Assembly (NCBI GenBank): GCA_036229005.1
Contig: JAZAMN010000034.1
Coordinates: 1-64,000 of the forward strand
Source of the DNA: Myxococcota bacterium
GTDB lineage: Bacteria; Myxococcota_A; UBA796; CAJQPC01
DNA: 64,000 bases
Reading direction: 5' to 3'
The notes under the pieces are model-generated. The model did not search any database. It saw only the letters and a program-made list of their open reading frames with translations, and was not told the DNA's origin. Shown piece after piece: positions 48,258-58,760 of the stretch. Made by a program: the position numbers and the translations under genes. The stretch's first letter is position 1; each line of letters starts with the position of its first letter.

Positions 48258-49030
48258 GCGCCCGCCTCCAGGACCCGCAGGAGCTGGCGGGTCTGGGCGA
48301 TGTCGTGCACCCGCAGCACCTGGGCCCCGGCCTTGTAGGCGAGCGCGGCCGCGGCGAGGGAGCCCCCCAGGCGCTGGTCCGCAGGGCAGTCCCCGGCGAT
48401 CTCGGCGATGAAGCGCTTGCGGGAGGCTCCGACATAGAGCGGAACCCCCAGATCCAGCTCTGGCAGGCGCCGGAGCAGCTCCAGGTTGCCCTGGGTCGAC
48501 TTGCCGAAGCCGATGCCCGGGTCGGCCCAGATCTCCTGCACCCCTGCGGCCTGCAGCGCCTGGATCGGCGGCCGGAGGAAGTCCCGGACCGCGCCCAGCA
48601 GGTCCGCGTAGTCGGTGTCGCGCTGCATGGTCTGGGGCTCACCGCGCATGTGCATCACGACCGCCCCCGCGCCGTGCTCCGCCGCCAGCTCCACCATGCG
48701 CGGGTCCCGGAAGCCGCTGATGTCGTTGAGCACCACAGCCCCGGCACGCAGCGCCTCGCTGGCGACCTGATGCCTGCGGGTGTCGATGCTCACCGGGATG
48801 CCGGCATCGGTGAGGGCGGCGACCACAGGCACCACCCGCCGCAGCTCCTCCTCCACCGGGACCGGCTCAGCCCCTGGACGCGTGCTCTCTCCACCCACGT
48901 CCACCCAGTCGGCGCCCTCCTCCCGCAGCTTCAGCCCGCGCGCGATGGCCCGCTGGGGGTCCAGGTAGCGCCCCCCGTCCGAGAAGGAGTCGGGGGTCAG
49001 GTTCAGGATGCCGGCCAAGCGGGGGATCAC
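48248..49030 (-). CDS. folP: Dihydropteroate synthase
   Basis: GILNLTPDSFSDGG, GGESTRPGA, DPGIGFGK, SRKRF, RVHD. Confidence 0.96.
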   Translation of the reverse strand: MIPRLAGILNLTPDSFSDGGRYLDPQRAIARGLKLREEGADWVDVGGESTRPGAEPVPVEEELRRVVPVVAALTDAGIPVSIDTRRHQVASEALRAGAVVLNDISGFRDPRMVELAAEHGAGAVVMHMRGEPQTMQRDTDYADLLGAVRDFLRPPIQALQAAGVQEIWADPGIGFGKSTQGNLELLRRLPELDLGVPLYVGASRKRFIAEIAGDCPADQRLGGSLAAAALAYKAGAQVLRVHDIAQTRQLLRVLEAGAWA

Positions 49031-49036
49031 GCCAGG

Positions 49037-49042
49037 ATCCTA
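49037..49042 (-). promoter_or_regulatory. Candidate -10 hexamer of a leaderless folP promoter
   Basis: TAGGAT-N6-GTG; no Shine-Dalgarno. Confidence 0.5.
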
Positions 49043-49057
49043 CCCGCTCAGGCGGGC

Positions 49058-50899
<1,842 letters not shown>

Positions 50900-50925
50900 G
50901 CAGAGCGCTCCAAGGTCAACGGATC

Positions 50926-52125
50926 CTATAGCGTCCAAAGGTAGGGGCCACCACCGCGCGGCGAAGCCTGCGGGTCGGGCTGTAGACGGACCTGGATCCC
51001 CTTCGGATCCTGGCCCTCGAAGGCGAGTCCCGCCAGCCAGCGCTGGTCGGCGACCTCGACGATCGGGTGGTAGGGCCGCAGACTGACGGGCACGCCGCCC
51101 TCCCGCAGCAGGTCCACCACCCGGCGCGCGCCGATCCGCTCCCCAGGCCGGTAGGGCCGCAGGGTCACCGAGGCGGTGGCGTCCAGGGACCAGAGCCCCC
51201 AGCGCCCGCGACGCAGGTCTCTTTGGGTCGGAGGGGCTGGGAGGCAGCGCAGCAGGCCGTCCCCACCCACGAGCCGCCATCCATCCCCCAACTCCAACAC
51301 CCCCTTGGTGCCGTCGAGGTGCGTCGTGGCCGCGTCCAGCCAGGCCGCCGAGACCTCCCGGCTGTGCCCCCGGCTGCGCTCCACCAGCAGGACCAGGGCC
51401 CGCCGCTGCAGCGCCGGGTGGGCCTGGGAGAAGGCCTGAGCGTCGATCCCCTGGGGGCCCAGGAGCTGGGCTGCGAGCCCACTGAGCAGGTCTTCGTCCT
51501 GAGCCATCAGGCGGGCGCTGCGCGCGATCGCGGCAGCGGCCCCGGGGCGACGCTCGGTCAGCGCGGGCAGCACACGGTGGCGGATGGCGCCGCGGGTGCC
51601 CTTGCGGTTGGAGGGGTCTTCCATCCAGCTCAGACCTTGGGCGCGCGCGAAGGCCAGCAACTCGTCACGACGAACGCCGAGCAGGGGCCGGAGCAGCTTG
51701 CCGCGGCGGGCGGGGATGCCGCTGAGACCGCGGGTGGAGGCGCCCCGAGCGAGGCGATCGATGACCGTCTCAGCCTGATCATCCAGGTGGTGGGCCAGGA
51801 GGACGTGGTCCACGGCCAACGAGTCCCAGACCGCCAGCCTGGCCTCGCGGGCGCGCTGAGCGAGATTGGGGCCCGCAGGGAGCTTCAAGCACCGACCCGA
51901 GAAGGTGAGCCCCAGTGTGGCGGCCTGCCGAGCGACCTCCTCCCCTTCCCTGGCGGACTCCGGCCGCAGCCCGTGGTCCAGGTGCACCACCAGCGGGTGA
52001 AGGCCAGCCTGGGCGCACAGGTGCATCAGGCAGATCGAGTCGACCCCGCCCGAGACCCCCACCGCCAGGCTCGGGCCGGGCTCAAGCGCCGCGAGGGCGG
52101 ATTTGAATGTCTCCAGGAGCGCCAC
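50926..52125 (-). CDS. tilS: tRNA(Ile)-lysidine synthetase
   Basis: SGGVDS, DHGLR, HHLDDQAET, RPLL, EDPSN; upstream of ftsH. Confidence 0.92.
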   Translation of the reverse strand: MALLETFKSALAALEPGPSLAVGVSGGVDSICLMHLCAQAGLHPLVVHLDHGLRPESAREGEEVARQAATLGLTFSGRCLKLPAGPNLAQRAREARLAVWDSLAVDHVLLAHHLDDQAETVIDRLARGASTRGLSGIPARRGKLLRPLLGVRRDELLAFARAQGLSWMEDPSNRKGTRGAIRHRVLPALTERRPGAAAAIARSARLMAQDEDLLSGLAAQLLGPQGIDAQAFSQAHPALQRRALVLLVERSRGHSREVSAAWLDAATTHLDGTKGVLELGDGWRLVGGDGLLRCLPAPPTQRDLRRGRWGLWSLDATASVTLRPYRPGERIGARRVVDLLREGGVPVSLRPYHPIVEVADQRWLAGLAFEGQDPKGIQVRLQPDPQASPRGGGPYLWTL

Positions 52126-52155
52126 GCAGAGCAGGTGGGCACCAGCGCCGCGGGG

Positions 52156-52683
52156 TCAAGCCTCCAGGGCGGAGATTCGCGCCAGGGTGGCGTGATCGTC
52201 CTCTGGGTGGGCCCGGTTGTTCTGCTCGTGCCCGCAGAGGCGGCAGCGGTAGCGGATCACCCAGCGGCCCGCCCGCAGCTCCGCGCCGACGGGGGCCAGG
52301 ATGCCCCGGCAGGTGGCGGCGCGGTCCCCGGGCACGATGTCCACGTGCAGCGAGCAGAGGCAGTGCGGGCAGTGGTCCCGGACGGGGCGCCCTCCGGGGC
52401 TGACCTCGGCGCCGCAGCTCGCGCAGGTGAACGCCTCGTCCAGGTGCTGGGGGTTCAAGCGCTCCCGCGCCTGGCTCTGGCGGTCCAGCGCCCTCCGGAT
52501 CAGGCGCTTGGCGGGCCACTCCGCGGCCTCGTCAGGCAGCTCCACGCCCTGCTTCCGGGCCAGCTCCAGCAGCGCGGACTTGGCGCCCGGCCCCGCGGCA
52601 TCCAGGGTCTTGGCGTGCTGCTTGAGGGCCTTGCGCGAGGCGGCCGCTTCATCGAGGAGGGTCTGGAGGCTCAAGGGGTCCAT
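52156..52683 (-). CDS. RNHCP-domain zinc-finger protein with N-terminal extension
   Basis: FTCASCG, RDHCPHCLCSLHVD..PGDRAATCRG, HEQNNRAHPEDD. Confidence 0.85.
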   Translation of the reverse strand: MDPLSLQTLLDEAAASRKALKQHAKTLDAAGPGAKSALLELARKQGVELPDEAAEWPAKRLIRRALDRQSQARERLNPQHLDEAFTCASCGAEVSPGGRPVRDHCPHCLCSLHVDIVPGDRAATCRGILAPVGAELRAGRWVIRYRCRLCGHEQNNRAHPEDDHATLARISALEA

Positions 52684-52702
52684 GGCGCGCTACGATAGCC
52701 CC
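52684..52702. promoter_or_regulatory. Overlapping bidirectional -10 elements between head-to-head start codons
   Basis: Plus strand TACGAT-N6-ATG; minus strand TATCGT-N8-ATG. Confidence 0.55.
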
Positions 52703-54610
52703 ATGACGACCCTGATGCTCCTGTGTTCCCTGGCCACCGCTGCGCCGGACGCCGACACCCTCACGACCCTCTGGCAGGTGCAGGCCACCCGCGGCGCCGC
52801 GGATCCCGTGCTTCCCCTGCTCTCCAGCCAGGACGCCGACACCCGCTTCCAGGCGACCCTGACCCTGGCCCGGCTGCGCGATCCTGCGCTGCTCCCCCAG
52901 CTCCAGGCGCAGCTCGCCGACCCGGACCTGCGCGTCCAGCAGGCGGCCGCCTTTGGTCTGGGACTCACCGAGGGGGGTGGCCCGCTGGCCCTGGAGGCCC
53001 TCCAGACCGCCCAGGCCCCGGCGCTGCGGGCCCGCCTCTTCGAGGCGCTGGGCATGCACGCTGAGGTCGCCGGCGTGCCCCTACTGGTCGCCGGACTGAG
53101 CGAGGCGCCGGAGGCCGCACAGTCCGCCGCGGAGGCCCTGGGCCGCATGGGCCTGGCCAAGGTCCCCGAGGTCTCCGTGCCCGCGGTGACCGACGCTCTG
53201 GCCGAGCAGCTCGACAAGCGCTGGCTGGCCCCCCAGGTGCGGGTGGCGGTGGCCTACGCGCTGGCGCGGATCGCCCCGGACAGCCTGTCCTCGCAGGCGG
53301 CCGAGATCTTCACAGCGCACGCAGACACCGACCCGTCTGCGGCGGTGCGCTCCCTGCTGATGCGGGGGCTGATCCCCTCGACCCCCGACCCCAAGGCGCT
53401 GCTGGAGGCCGGGCTGCAGGACGCGGACCGAGGGGTGCGTATCGCGACGGCGCGCGCGGCTGCGAAGGCGGGAGAGGACGGGATCCCGGCCCTGGAGATC
53501 CTGCTCCACGACCCGGCCTGGGATGTTCAGCTCGCCGCCGTGGAGGCATCGGGTGCTGTAGCGGGGCTGGACCACGAGGCCCTGCTGACCCCTCTGCTGG
53601 AGGAGGCGAATTTGGTGGATCTGCGGGCTGCTGCGGCCACGGCGCTGGGCAAGACCGGGCACACGGACGCGCTGCGCCCCTACCTGGACCGCCACCAGCC
53701 CCTGCCCCTGCGGGTAGCGGTGGTCGGGACCCTGGAGGACAGCGCCCAGCTCCTTCGCCTGCTGGAGAAGTCCGCGGACCAGCCGGCCGCCATCCGCTCC
53801 AGCATCGCCGCCCGCCTGGCGGAGCTGGAGGCGGGTCCCGAGATCGCGCTGGCCCTGCTGCAGAACCCCGATCCCGCCGTGGTCGCCGTGGGCCTGTCGA
53901 TGCTCGGGGAGAGCGAGGATCCCGAGCACCTGGGGGCCGTTCTGGAGGCCCTCTCCAGCGCTGAGGATCTGGACGTGTGGCGGGAGGGCCTGGGCGCCCT
54001 GGAGTCTCTGCTCGCGCTGCTGCCATCCCGGGCCCCGGTGCCCGCCGCCGCCGCCGACCGCGTGCAGGAGGCGCTGAACCACCCGGACCTGTCTGTGCGC
54101 CAGGCCGCGGCGTCGCTGGGAGAGCGCCTGGAGCTCCAGGGCAGCCCGCCAGAGCCGACGCTTCCCGACCCCGAAGCGGTGGGCCAGATCCTGGGGGCTC
54201 GGGTGATCACCGACGCGGGCGTGCTGATGCTCAGCTTCGACACCGAGCTCGCGCCCCTGACCGTCTGGAACTTCGTGACGCTGGCCGAGGCCGACTACTT
54301 TGACGGCCAGTCCATGCACCGCGTGGTCCCGGACTTCGTGGCCCAGACCGGCTGCCCCCGGGGTGACGGCTGGGGCGGCCCCGGGCACAGCATCCCCGAC
54401 GAGCTGTCCTGGGCGCCCTACTCCGAGGGCACCGTCGGCATGGCCCTCTCCGGCCCCGACACCGGCGGCTCGCAGTGGTTCGTCACGCTCTCCGATCAGC
54501 CCCACCTGGAGGCCGGCTACACGGTGTTCGGGCAGCTTGTCGGCGGGTCCCCAGGGGCCCTGCACCAGGGTGCGCAGGTGCTGGATGTGGTGATCGAGCG
54601 GCGGGAGTAG
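52703..54610 (+). CDS. HEAT-repeat protein with a C-terminal cyclophilin-type PPIase domain
   Basis: Multiple D..VR..AA.AL repeats; HRVVPDFVAQTG, GTVGMA..GPDTGGSQWF, YTVFG. Confidence 0.9.
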   Translation: MTTLMLLCSLATAAPDADTLTTLWQVQATRGAADPVLPLLSSQDADTRFQATLTLARLRDPALLPQLQAQLADPDLRVQQAAAFGLGLTEGGGPLALEALQTAQAPALRARLFEALGMHAEVAGVPLLVAGLSEAPEAAQSAAEALGRMGLAKVPEVSVPAVTDALAEQLDKRWLAPQVRVAVAYALARIAPDSLSSQAAEIFTAHADTDPSAAVRSLLMRGLIPSTPDPKALLEAGLQDADRGVRIATARAAAKAGEDGIPALEILLHDPAWDVQLAAVEASGAVAGLDHEALLTPLLEEANLVDLRAAAATALGKTGHTDALRPYLDRHQPLPLRVAVVGTLEDSAQLLRLLEKSADQPAAIRSSIAARLAELEAGPEIALALLQNPDPAVVAVGLSMLGESEDPEHLGAVLEALSSAEDLDVWREGLGALESLLALLPSRAPVPAAAADRVQEALNHPDLSVRQAAASLGERLELQGSPPEPTLPDPEAVGQILGARVITDAGVLMLSFDTELAPLTVWNFVTLAEADYFDGQSMHRVVPDFVAQTGCPRGDGWGGPGHSIPDELSWAPYSEGTVGMALSGPDTGGSQWFVTLSDQPHLEAGYTVFGQLVGGSPGALHQGAQVLDVVIERRE

Positions 54611-54614
54611 TGGC

Positions 54615-55715
54615 TCAGCGACCGTCCACGTAGGGCGCGATCTGGGACTCCATCATGGGGCTGTAGGGGAAGCCCTCCGCGGGGACCTGCACCGACCTTG
54701 AGGGCGCCGCCGCCGGGAGGGGCAGGGTCTGCGGGAAGCCGCTGTCGGCCAGGGCGCGCACCAACGCGTCGGCGAGCAGCTTGTCCGCGGCGGCGTTGGG
54801 GTGGACCTCATCCAGGAAGAGGGCTTGGGCGGACAGCCCACTGGCGCGCAGGACGGGATCCGCCTGGACCAGTGGGACGCTCCATGCCTCCGCGAGGGCC
54901 TCCATCAGCACCCCGTAGCCACCCTGCTTGCCCAGTTCGTAGTCCTCCCGGTTGCTCAAGCGCAGGAAGACCACCCCCACCCCGCGCTCTCGAGCCTCGA
55001 CGAGCACCCCCTCCAGCTCCCGGAGGTAGGTCTCGGGCGGAACGCGCGGCGCGCCGAGGGACTGGGGCGTGGGCCAGCCCACCGCTGCGTAGGCGGGCAC
55101 CCCCTTTGCGCTTGCAATGCCGGCCTTGAGCGTGCGGAAGAGCGCCAGGTGGGAGAGCAGTCGGTCGAAGCGGACGGTGGGGCTGGCCAGGCGCTCCAGG
55201 ACCACCTCATCGGGAAAGTCTTCGGGGGCCATGTCGGAGAACTGATTGCCCACGACGAGGACATCGGGATCCAGGGCCCAGCCGACCTCCTGGAGCAGAA
55301 GCCGGGACTGCAGGATGGAGTAGCCGGGGACGCCTCCGCAGTGGACCTCGGCCGGGAGGCCCTGCTCGTGCAGCGCGCGCTGGAGGGCATCGTGGAGGGT
55401 CTCCCCATCAGCCACGCCGTGCCCGAAGATGCTGGAGTCGCCCAGGGTCAACACACGCGGGAGCTGGCCCCGAGGCTCGGCGATTCCGGCGCGCAGACCG
55501 TCGGCGCCCACCTTGAAGCTGCTGCCGTAGGCGCTGTGCTGACCGGGCGTGAGGCTCCAGATGCGCGTGGGGTGCGGCTGCATCTCGATGCCGTGGTCGG
55601 GGCGCTGCGCGGGCTGGATCAGGCGCAGGGTGACCTCGACTGCGCCGAGGAGCAGCAGGGTGCTGAGGGCGGACAGCAGGAGCTTGCGGTGTAGACGACC
55701 AGCCACGGGGGCCAA
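54615..55715 (-). CDS. Membrane-anchored SGNH/GDSL hydrolase
   Basis: N-terminal TM; LGDSS (block I), GVPGYS (block II), DEVHPN (block V). Confidence 0.85.
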   Translation of the reverse strand: MAPVAGRLHRKLLLSALSTLLLLGAVEVTLRLIQPAQRPDHGIEMQPHPTRIWSLTPGQHSAYGSSFKVGADGLRAGIAEPRGQLPRVLTLGDSSIFGHGVADGETLHDALQRALHEQGLPAEVHCGGVPGYSILQSRLLLQEVGWALDPDVLVVGNQFSDMAPEDFPDEVVLERLASPTVRFDRLLSHLALFRTLKAGIASAKGVPAYAAVGWPTPQSLGAPRVPPETYLRELEGVLVEARERGVGVVFLRLSNREDYELGKQGGYGVLMEALAEAWSVPLVQADPVLRASGLSAQALFLDEVHPNAAADKLLADALVRALADSGFPQTLPLPAAAPSRSVQVPAEGFPYSPMMESQIAPYVDGR

Positions 55716-55730
55716 TAACCCGCTCCCCCC

Positions 55731-56867
55731 TCAGCTCCGGGACTTCCCCCGCCCCAACTCCGCCTGCTCACGGAGCTGCTCGGCTTGCTCTCGCACGGCG
55801 GCCCGCTCGCGCTCCAGGAAGTCCAGGACGGGGCCCTCCAGCCGAGGGGAGCGCAGCCAGTGGCTGGACCAGGTCAGGGTGGGCTGGAAGCCGCGGGGGT
55901 ACTTGTGGCCGCCGCCGTGGCCGGGCTCGAAGACCTCCAGGCCAGAGGCGATGCAGTGCTCGATGGCCTGGTAGTAGCAGACCTCGAAGTGCAGGTAGGG
56001 GCGCTCTTGGGAGCAACCCCAGTAGCGGCCGTAGAGGCGACTCCCCTTCTGGACGTTCAGCGCGCCGGCGATGGGCTCACCGTGGTCGTAGGCCAGCACG
56101 AGCTGCAGGCGGTGCCCGAAGCGCTCCAGCAGGGCGTCCCAGAGCTCGGGGCGGAGGTAGCTGTTGCCGCCGAACTGCCAGCAGGTGTTGCGGTAGAAGT
56201 CCTCCATCGCGCGGAGCTGCTCGGGCTGGATCTCCGCGCCGCTGACGCGCACGAGCTCTACGCCGGTCTCCCGCAGCCGGCGCCGCTCCCGCCGGAACTC
56301 GCTGCGCCGCTTGGAGCGGAAGCCGGACAGGAAGTCCTCGAAGTCGCTGTAGCCGTGGTTCCGCCAGTGGAACTGGAACTGGAGCCGGCTGGCGCCCCCC
56401 TCGGCCTCCAGGCTGCGGGCCTCGCTCTCGGGGTTGAAGAGGATGTGCAGGCCGGCCGACTCGGTGACCCGGGCGAGCTCCAGCAGCGCGCGGACCAGGA
56501 CGGGCCGGAGCTCTTCCCGGGCGACGAGCAGGCGCTGGCCGGTGACGGGCGTGAAGGGCACGCCGACGACGACCTTGGGGTAGTAGCGCTCGCCGAGCTG
56601 CCGGGCGGCGTTGGCCCACGACCAGTCGTAGACGAACTCGCCCATGGAGTGGGTCTTGATGTAGACCGGGCACGCGGCGACGAGCTGGTCCTCCTCCCAG
56701 AGGCTGAGGTGCTGGGGGTGCCATCCGGTCTCGGGGCTGGCGGAGCCGCTGCGCTCGAGCAGAGAGAGCCACGCGTGCTCGAGGAAGGGCGAGCCCTCCC
56801 CTACGAGGCGGTCCCATTGGTCCGCGGGGATGTCGTCGATGTCGGAGTGGACCCGGAGGCTTGGCAT
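55731..56867 (-). CDS. FemAB-like GNAT protein (DUF482 family)
   Basis: HSMGEFVYDWSWA, YYPK, PFTPVTG, LYGRYWG, LHFEVCYYQAIE. Confidence 0.9.
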   Translation of the reverse strand: MPSLRVHSDIDDIPADQWDRLVGEGSPFLEHAWLSLLERSGSASPETGWHPQHLSLWEEDQLVAACPVYIKTHSMGEFVYDWSWANAARQLGERYYPKVVVGVPFTPVTGQRLLVAREELRPVLVRALLELARVTESAGLHILFNPESEARSLEAEGGASRLQFQFHWRNHGYSDFEDFLSGFRSKRRSEFRRERRRLRETGVELVRVSGAEIQPEQLRAMEDFYRNTCWQFGGNSYLRPELWDALLERFGHRLQLVLAYDHGEPIAGALNVQKGSRLYGRYWGCSQERPYLHFEVCYYQAIEHCIASGLEVFEPGHGGGHKYPRGFQPTLTWSSHWLRSPRLEGPVLDFLERERAAVREQAEQLREQAELGRGKSRS

Positions 56868-56882
56868 GCCTGCACTGGGACC

Positions 56883-57923
56883 TCACCCCTTTGGACTTGC
56901 GGGCCCCTGTTGCGGGAGGCCACGCCGGATCTCCCCAGCGAGGTCACGCTCGACGGCTTTCGCGGCCACCAACAAGGCGTTCCGGATGGCGCGCGCGTTG
57001 CTGCGGCCGTGGGCCTTGATGACGACCTGGTCGAAGCCCAGGACCGGCGCGCCCCCGTACTGCTTCCAGTCGGTCATGGTGCGGATCTGCCGCAGGCCCT
57101 TGGAGAGCATGGTCAGGCCCATGCGCCAGAGGAACTTGCGGGCGTAGGCGTCCTTGGCGAGGTCCGCGACGACCTCGGAGACGCCCTCGAGCATCTTGAG
57201 CACGACGTTGCCCAAAAAGCCCTCGCAGACGATGACGTCCACCGTGCCGCGGGGGATGTCCAGACCCTCGACGTTGCCCACGAACTCGACGCTCTCGAGC
57301 TGCTGGAGGCGGGCGTGGGCCTCGACGATGGCGGGGGTGCCCTTGGTGGGCTCGGTGCCGTTGGAGAGCAGGGCCACCCGGGGGCGGCCGATGTCCGAGA
57401 TGATGCGGGAGTAGGCGCTGCCCATCACGGCGAAGCTGACCAGGTCCTCGGCGCTGCAGTTCAGGGTGGCGCCGACATCCAGCATCAGCGCGAAGGGGTC
57501 CTCGCGGGGGCCGTGGGTACGCTCGGTGGGGTAGACGGCGGCCAGCGCGGTGCGGCGGACCCCGGGCAGGCGCTCGAAGTTGCGGGCGGCCGCCAAGATG
57601 ACCGCCCCGGTGTTGCCGGAGCTGACCAGAGCGTCGGCCTCTCCGCTGGCCACCAGCCGCGCGGCGGTGAGCACCGAGCAGTCCGGCGCCCTGTCCAGGG
57701 CCTCGGCGGGCTTGCAGTCCATGGGCACGACGCTGCCGCTGTGCACGATGGCCAGCTTGGCGGGGTCGTAGCGCTCCTGCGCCAGGTGCTGCGTGAGCGT
57801 GGGCTCGTCCCCGACCAGCAGGACCTGGAGGTCCCGGTCCTCTCGGGTGAGCTTGGCGGCTCCCTGAACCAGGGGGCCGGGCCCCAGGTCGGAGCCCATT
57901 GCGTCCAGTGCGAGGGTCTGCAT
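56883..57923 (-). CDS. plsX: Phosphate acyltransferase PlsX
   Basis: ALDAMGSD, SSGNTGA, LDVGA, GNVEG, EGFLGNVVLK, YGGAPVLG, KAHGRS. Confidence 0.93.
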   Translation of the reverse strand: MQTLALDAMGSDLGPGPLVQGAAKLTREDRDLQVLLVGDEPTLTQHLAQERYDPAKLAIVHSGSVVPMDCKPAEALDRAPDCSVLTAARLVASGEADALVSSGNTGAVILAAARNFERLPGVRRTALAAVYPTERTHGPREDPFALMLDVGATLNCSAEDLVSFAVMGSAYSRIISDIGRPRVALLSNGTEPTKGTPAIVEAHARLQQLESVEFVGNVEGLDIPRGTVDVIVCEGFLGNVVLKMLEGVSEVVADLAKDAYARKFLWRMGLTMLSKGLRQIRTMTDWKQYGGAPVLGFDQVVIKAHGRSNARAIRNALLVAAKAVERDLAGEIRRGLPQQGPASPKG

Positions 57924-57929
57924 GCCCGC

Positions 57930-57938
57930 ACGGTAGCA
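57930..57938 (-). promoter_or_regulatory. Extended -10 element of a candidate leaderless plsX promoter
   Basis: TGcTACCGT-N6-ATG; no Shine-Dalgarno. Confidence 0.55.
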
Positions 57939-57998
57939 GGGATGCTCCCCGGCCCGAAGCCACACCCCAAAGGGCGCGTCCCCCGGGCCGGGAGGCGG

Positions 57999-58727
57999 CT
58001 ACTCCTCGTCGGGAGTGGGCAGCAGGATGTAGCCGTTGCTGAGGTCACCCAGGAAGGCGCAGGAGTCGGGGCCGCGCATGTCCAGCCAGGCGGCGACGTA
58101 GGCGCAGAGGGTGGCGTCCAGCTTGGACTCCAGCTCGCCCAGGCGGGAGCCGTTCATCTTGCTCAGGTCGTCGTTGACCAGGTCCTCCAGGGCGTCGGTG
58201 TCCTGGAGCTCCGGGTTCATGAAGGGCAGCTTCCCGTAGATGAGGTCGCGGTAGCGGTTGGCGGCGTCCTTGCGGGCGCCCATGGGGCCGCTCTTGATCC
58301 GCATGGGGCGATCCAGCCCAAAGAGCAGGATCTGCGCGGCCTGCGCGGCGGTCTCGACCACGCGGTCCGCCTGGGACTGCGGGTCCGGGTCGAAGCCCAT
58401 GCGCATCAGGGCGCGGCCCATGGTGCGGGGGTGCGAGGCGTTGACCGTGTTCACCTGGTACTCGTCCACCATGTACCGGGAGAAGTGGTGCTCCAGGAGC
58501 TCGTCCACCTTGCGACGGCCGCCGGTGTTCTGGACGATGAGGGGGGCGTTCACGACCAGGATTGCGCCACCCCGGCCGCGGTTCCGTGCCACCCAGCCCA
58601 GCACGTCCTCGTGGGCGCGCAGGTGGGAGGTGGAGGTCAGGCGGATGCCATCCTCGGTGGGCTCCATGACGGCGCCAGCGGAGGAAGAGCGGGGGGCCCA
58701 GGCCAGATCGAGGCCGAGATAACGCAT
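57999..58727 (-). CDS. DUF429-family predicted RNase H-fold nuclease
   Basis: YLGLDLAW, VNAPLIV.N.GG.R, LDATLCAYVA, GDLSNGYI. Confidence 0.8.
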   Translation of the reverse strand: MRYLGLDLAWAPRSSSAGAVMEPTEDGIRLTSTSHLRAHEDVLGWVARNRGRGGAILVVNAPLIVQNTGGRRKVDELLEHHFSRYMVDEYQVNTVNASHPRTMGRALMRMGFDPDPQSQADRVVETAAQAAQILLFGLDRPMRIKSGPMGARKDAANRYRDLIYGKLPFMNPELQDTDALEDLVNDDLSKMNGSRLGELESKLDATLCAYVAAWLDMRGPDSCAFLGDLSNGYILLPTPDEE

Positions 58728-58760
58728 AGACAGTGACTCACTCAGAAATGGGGGCTTGCC

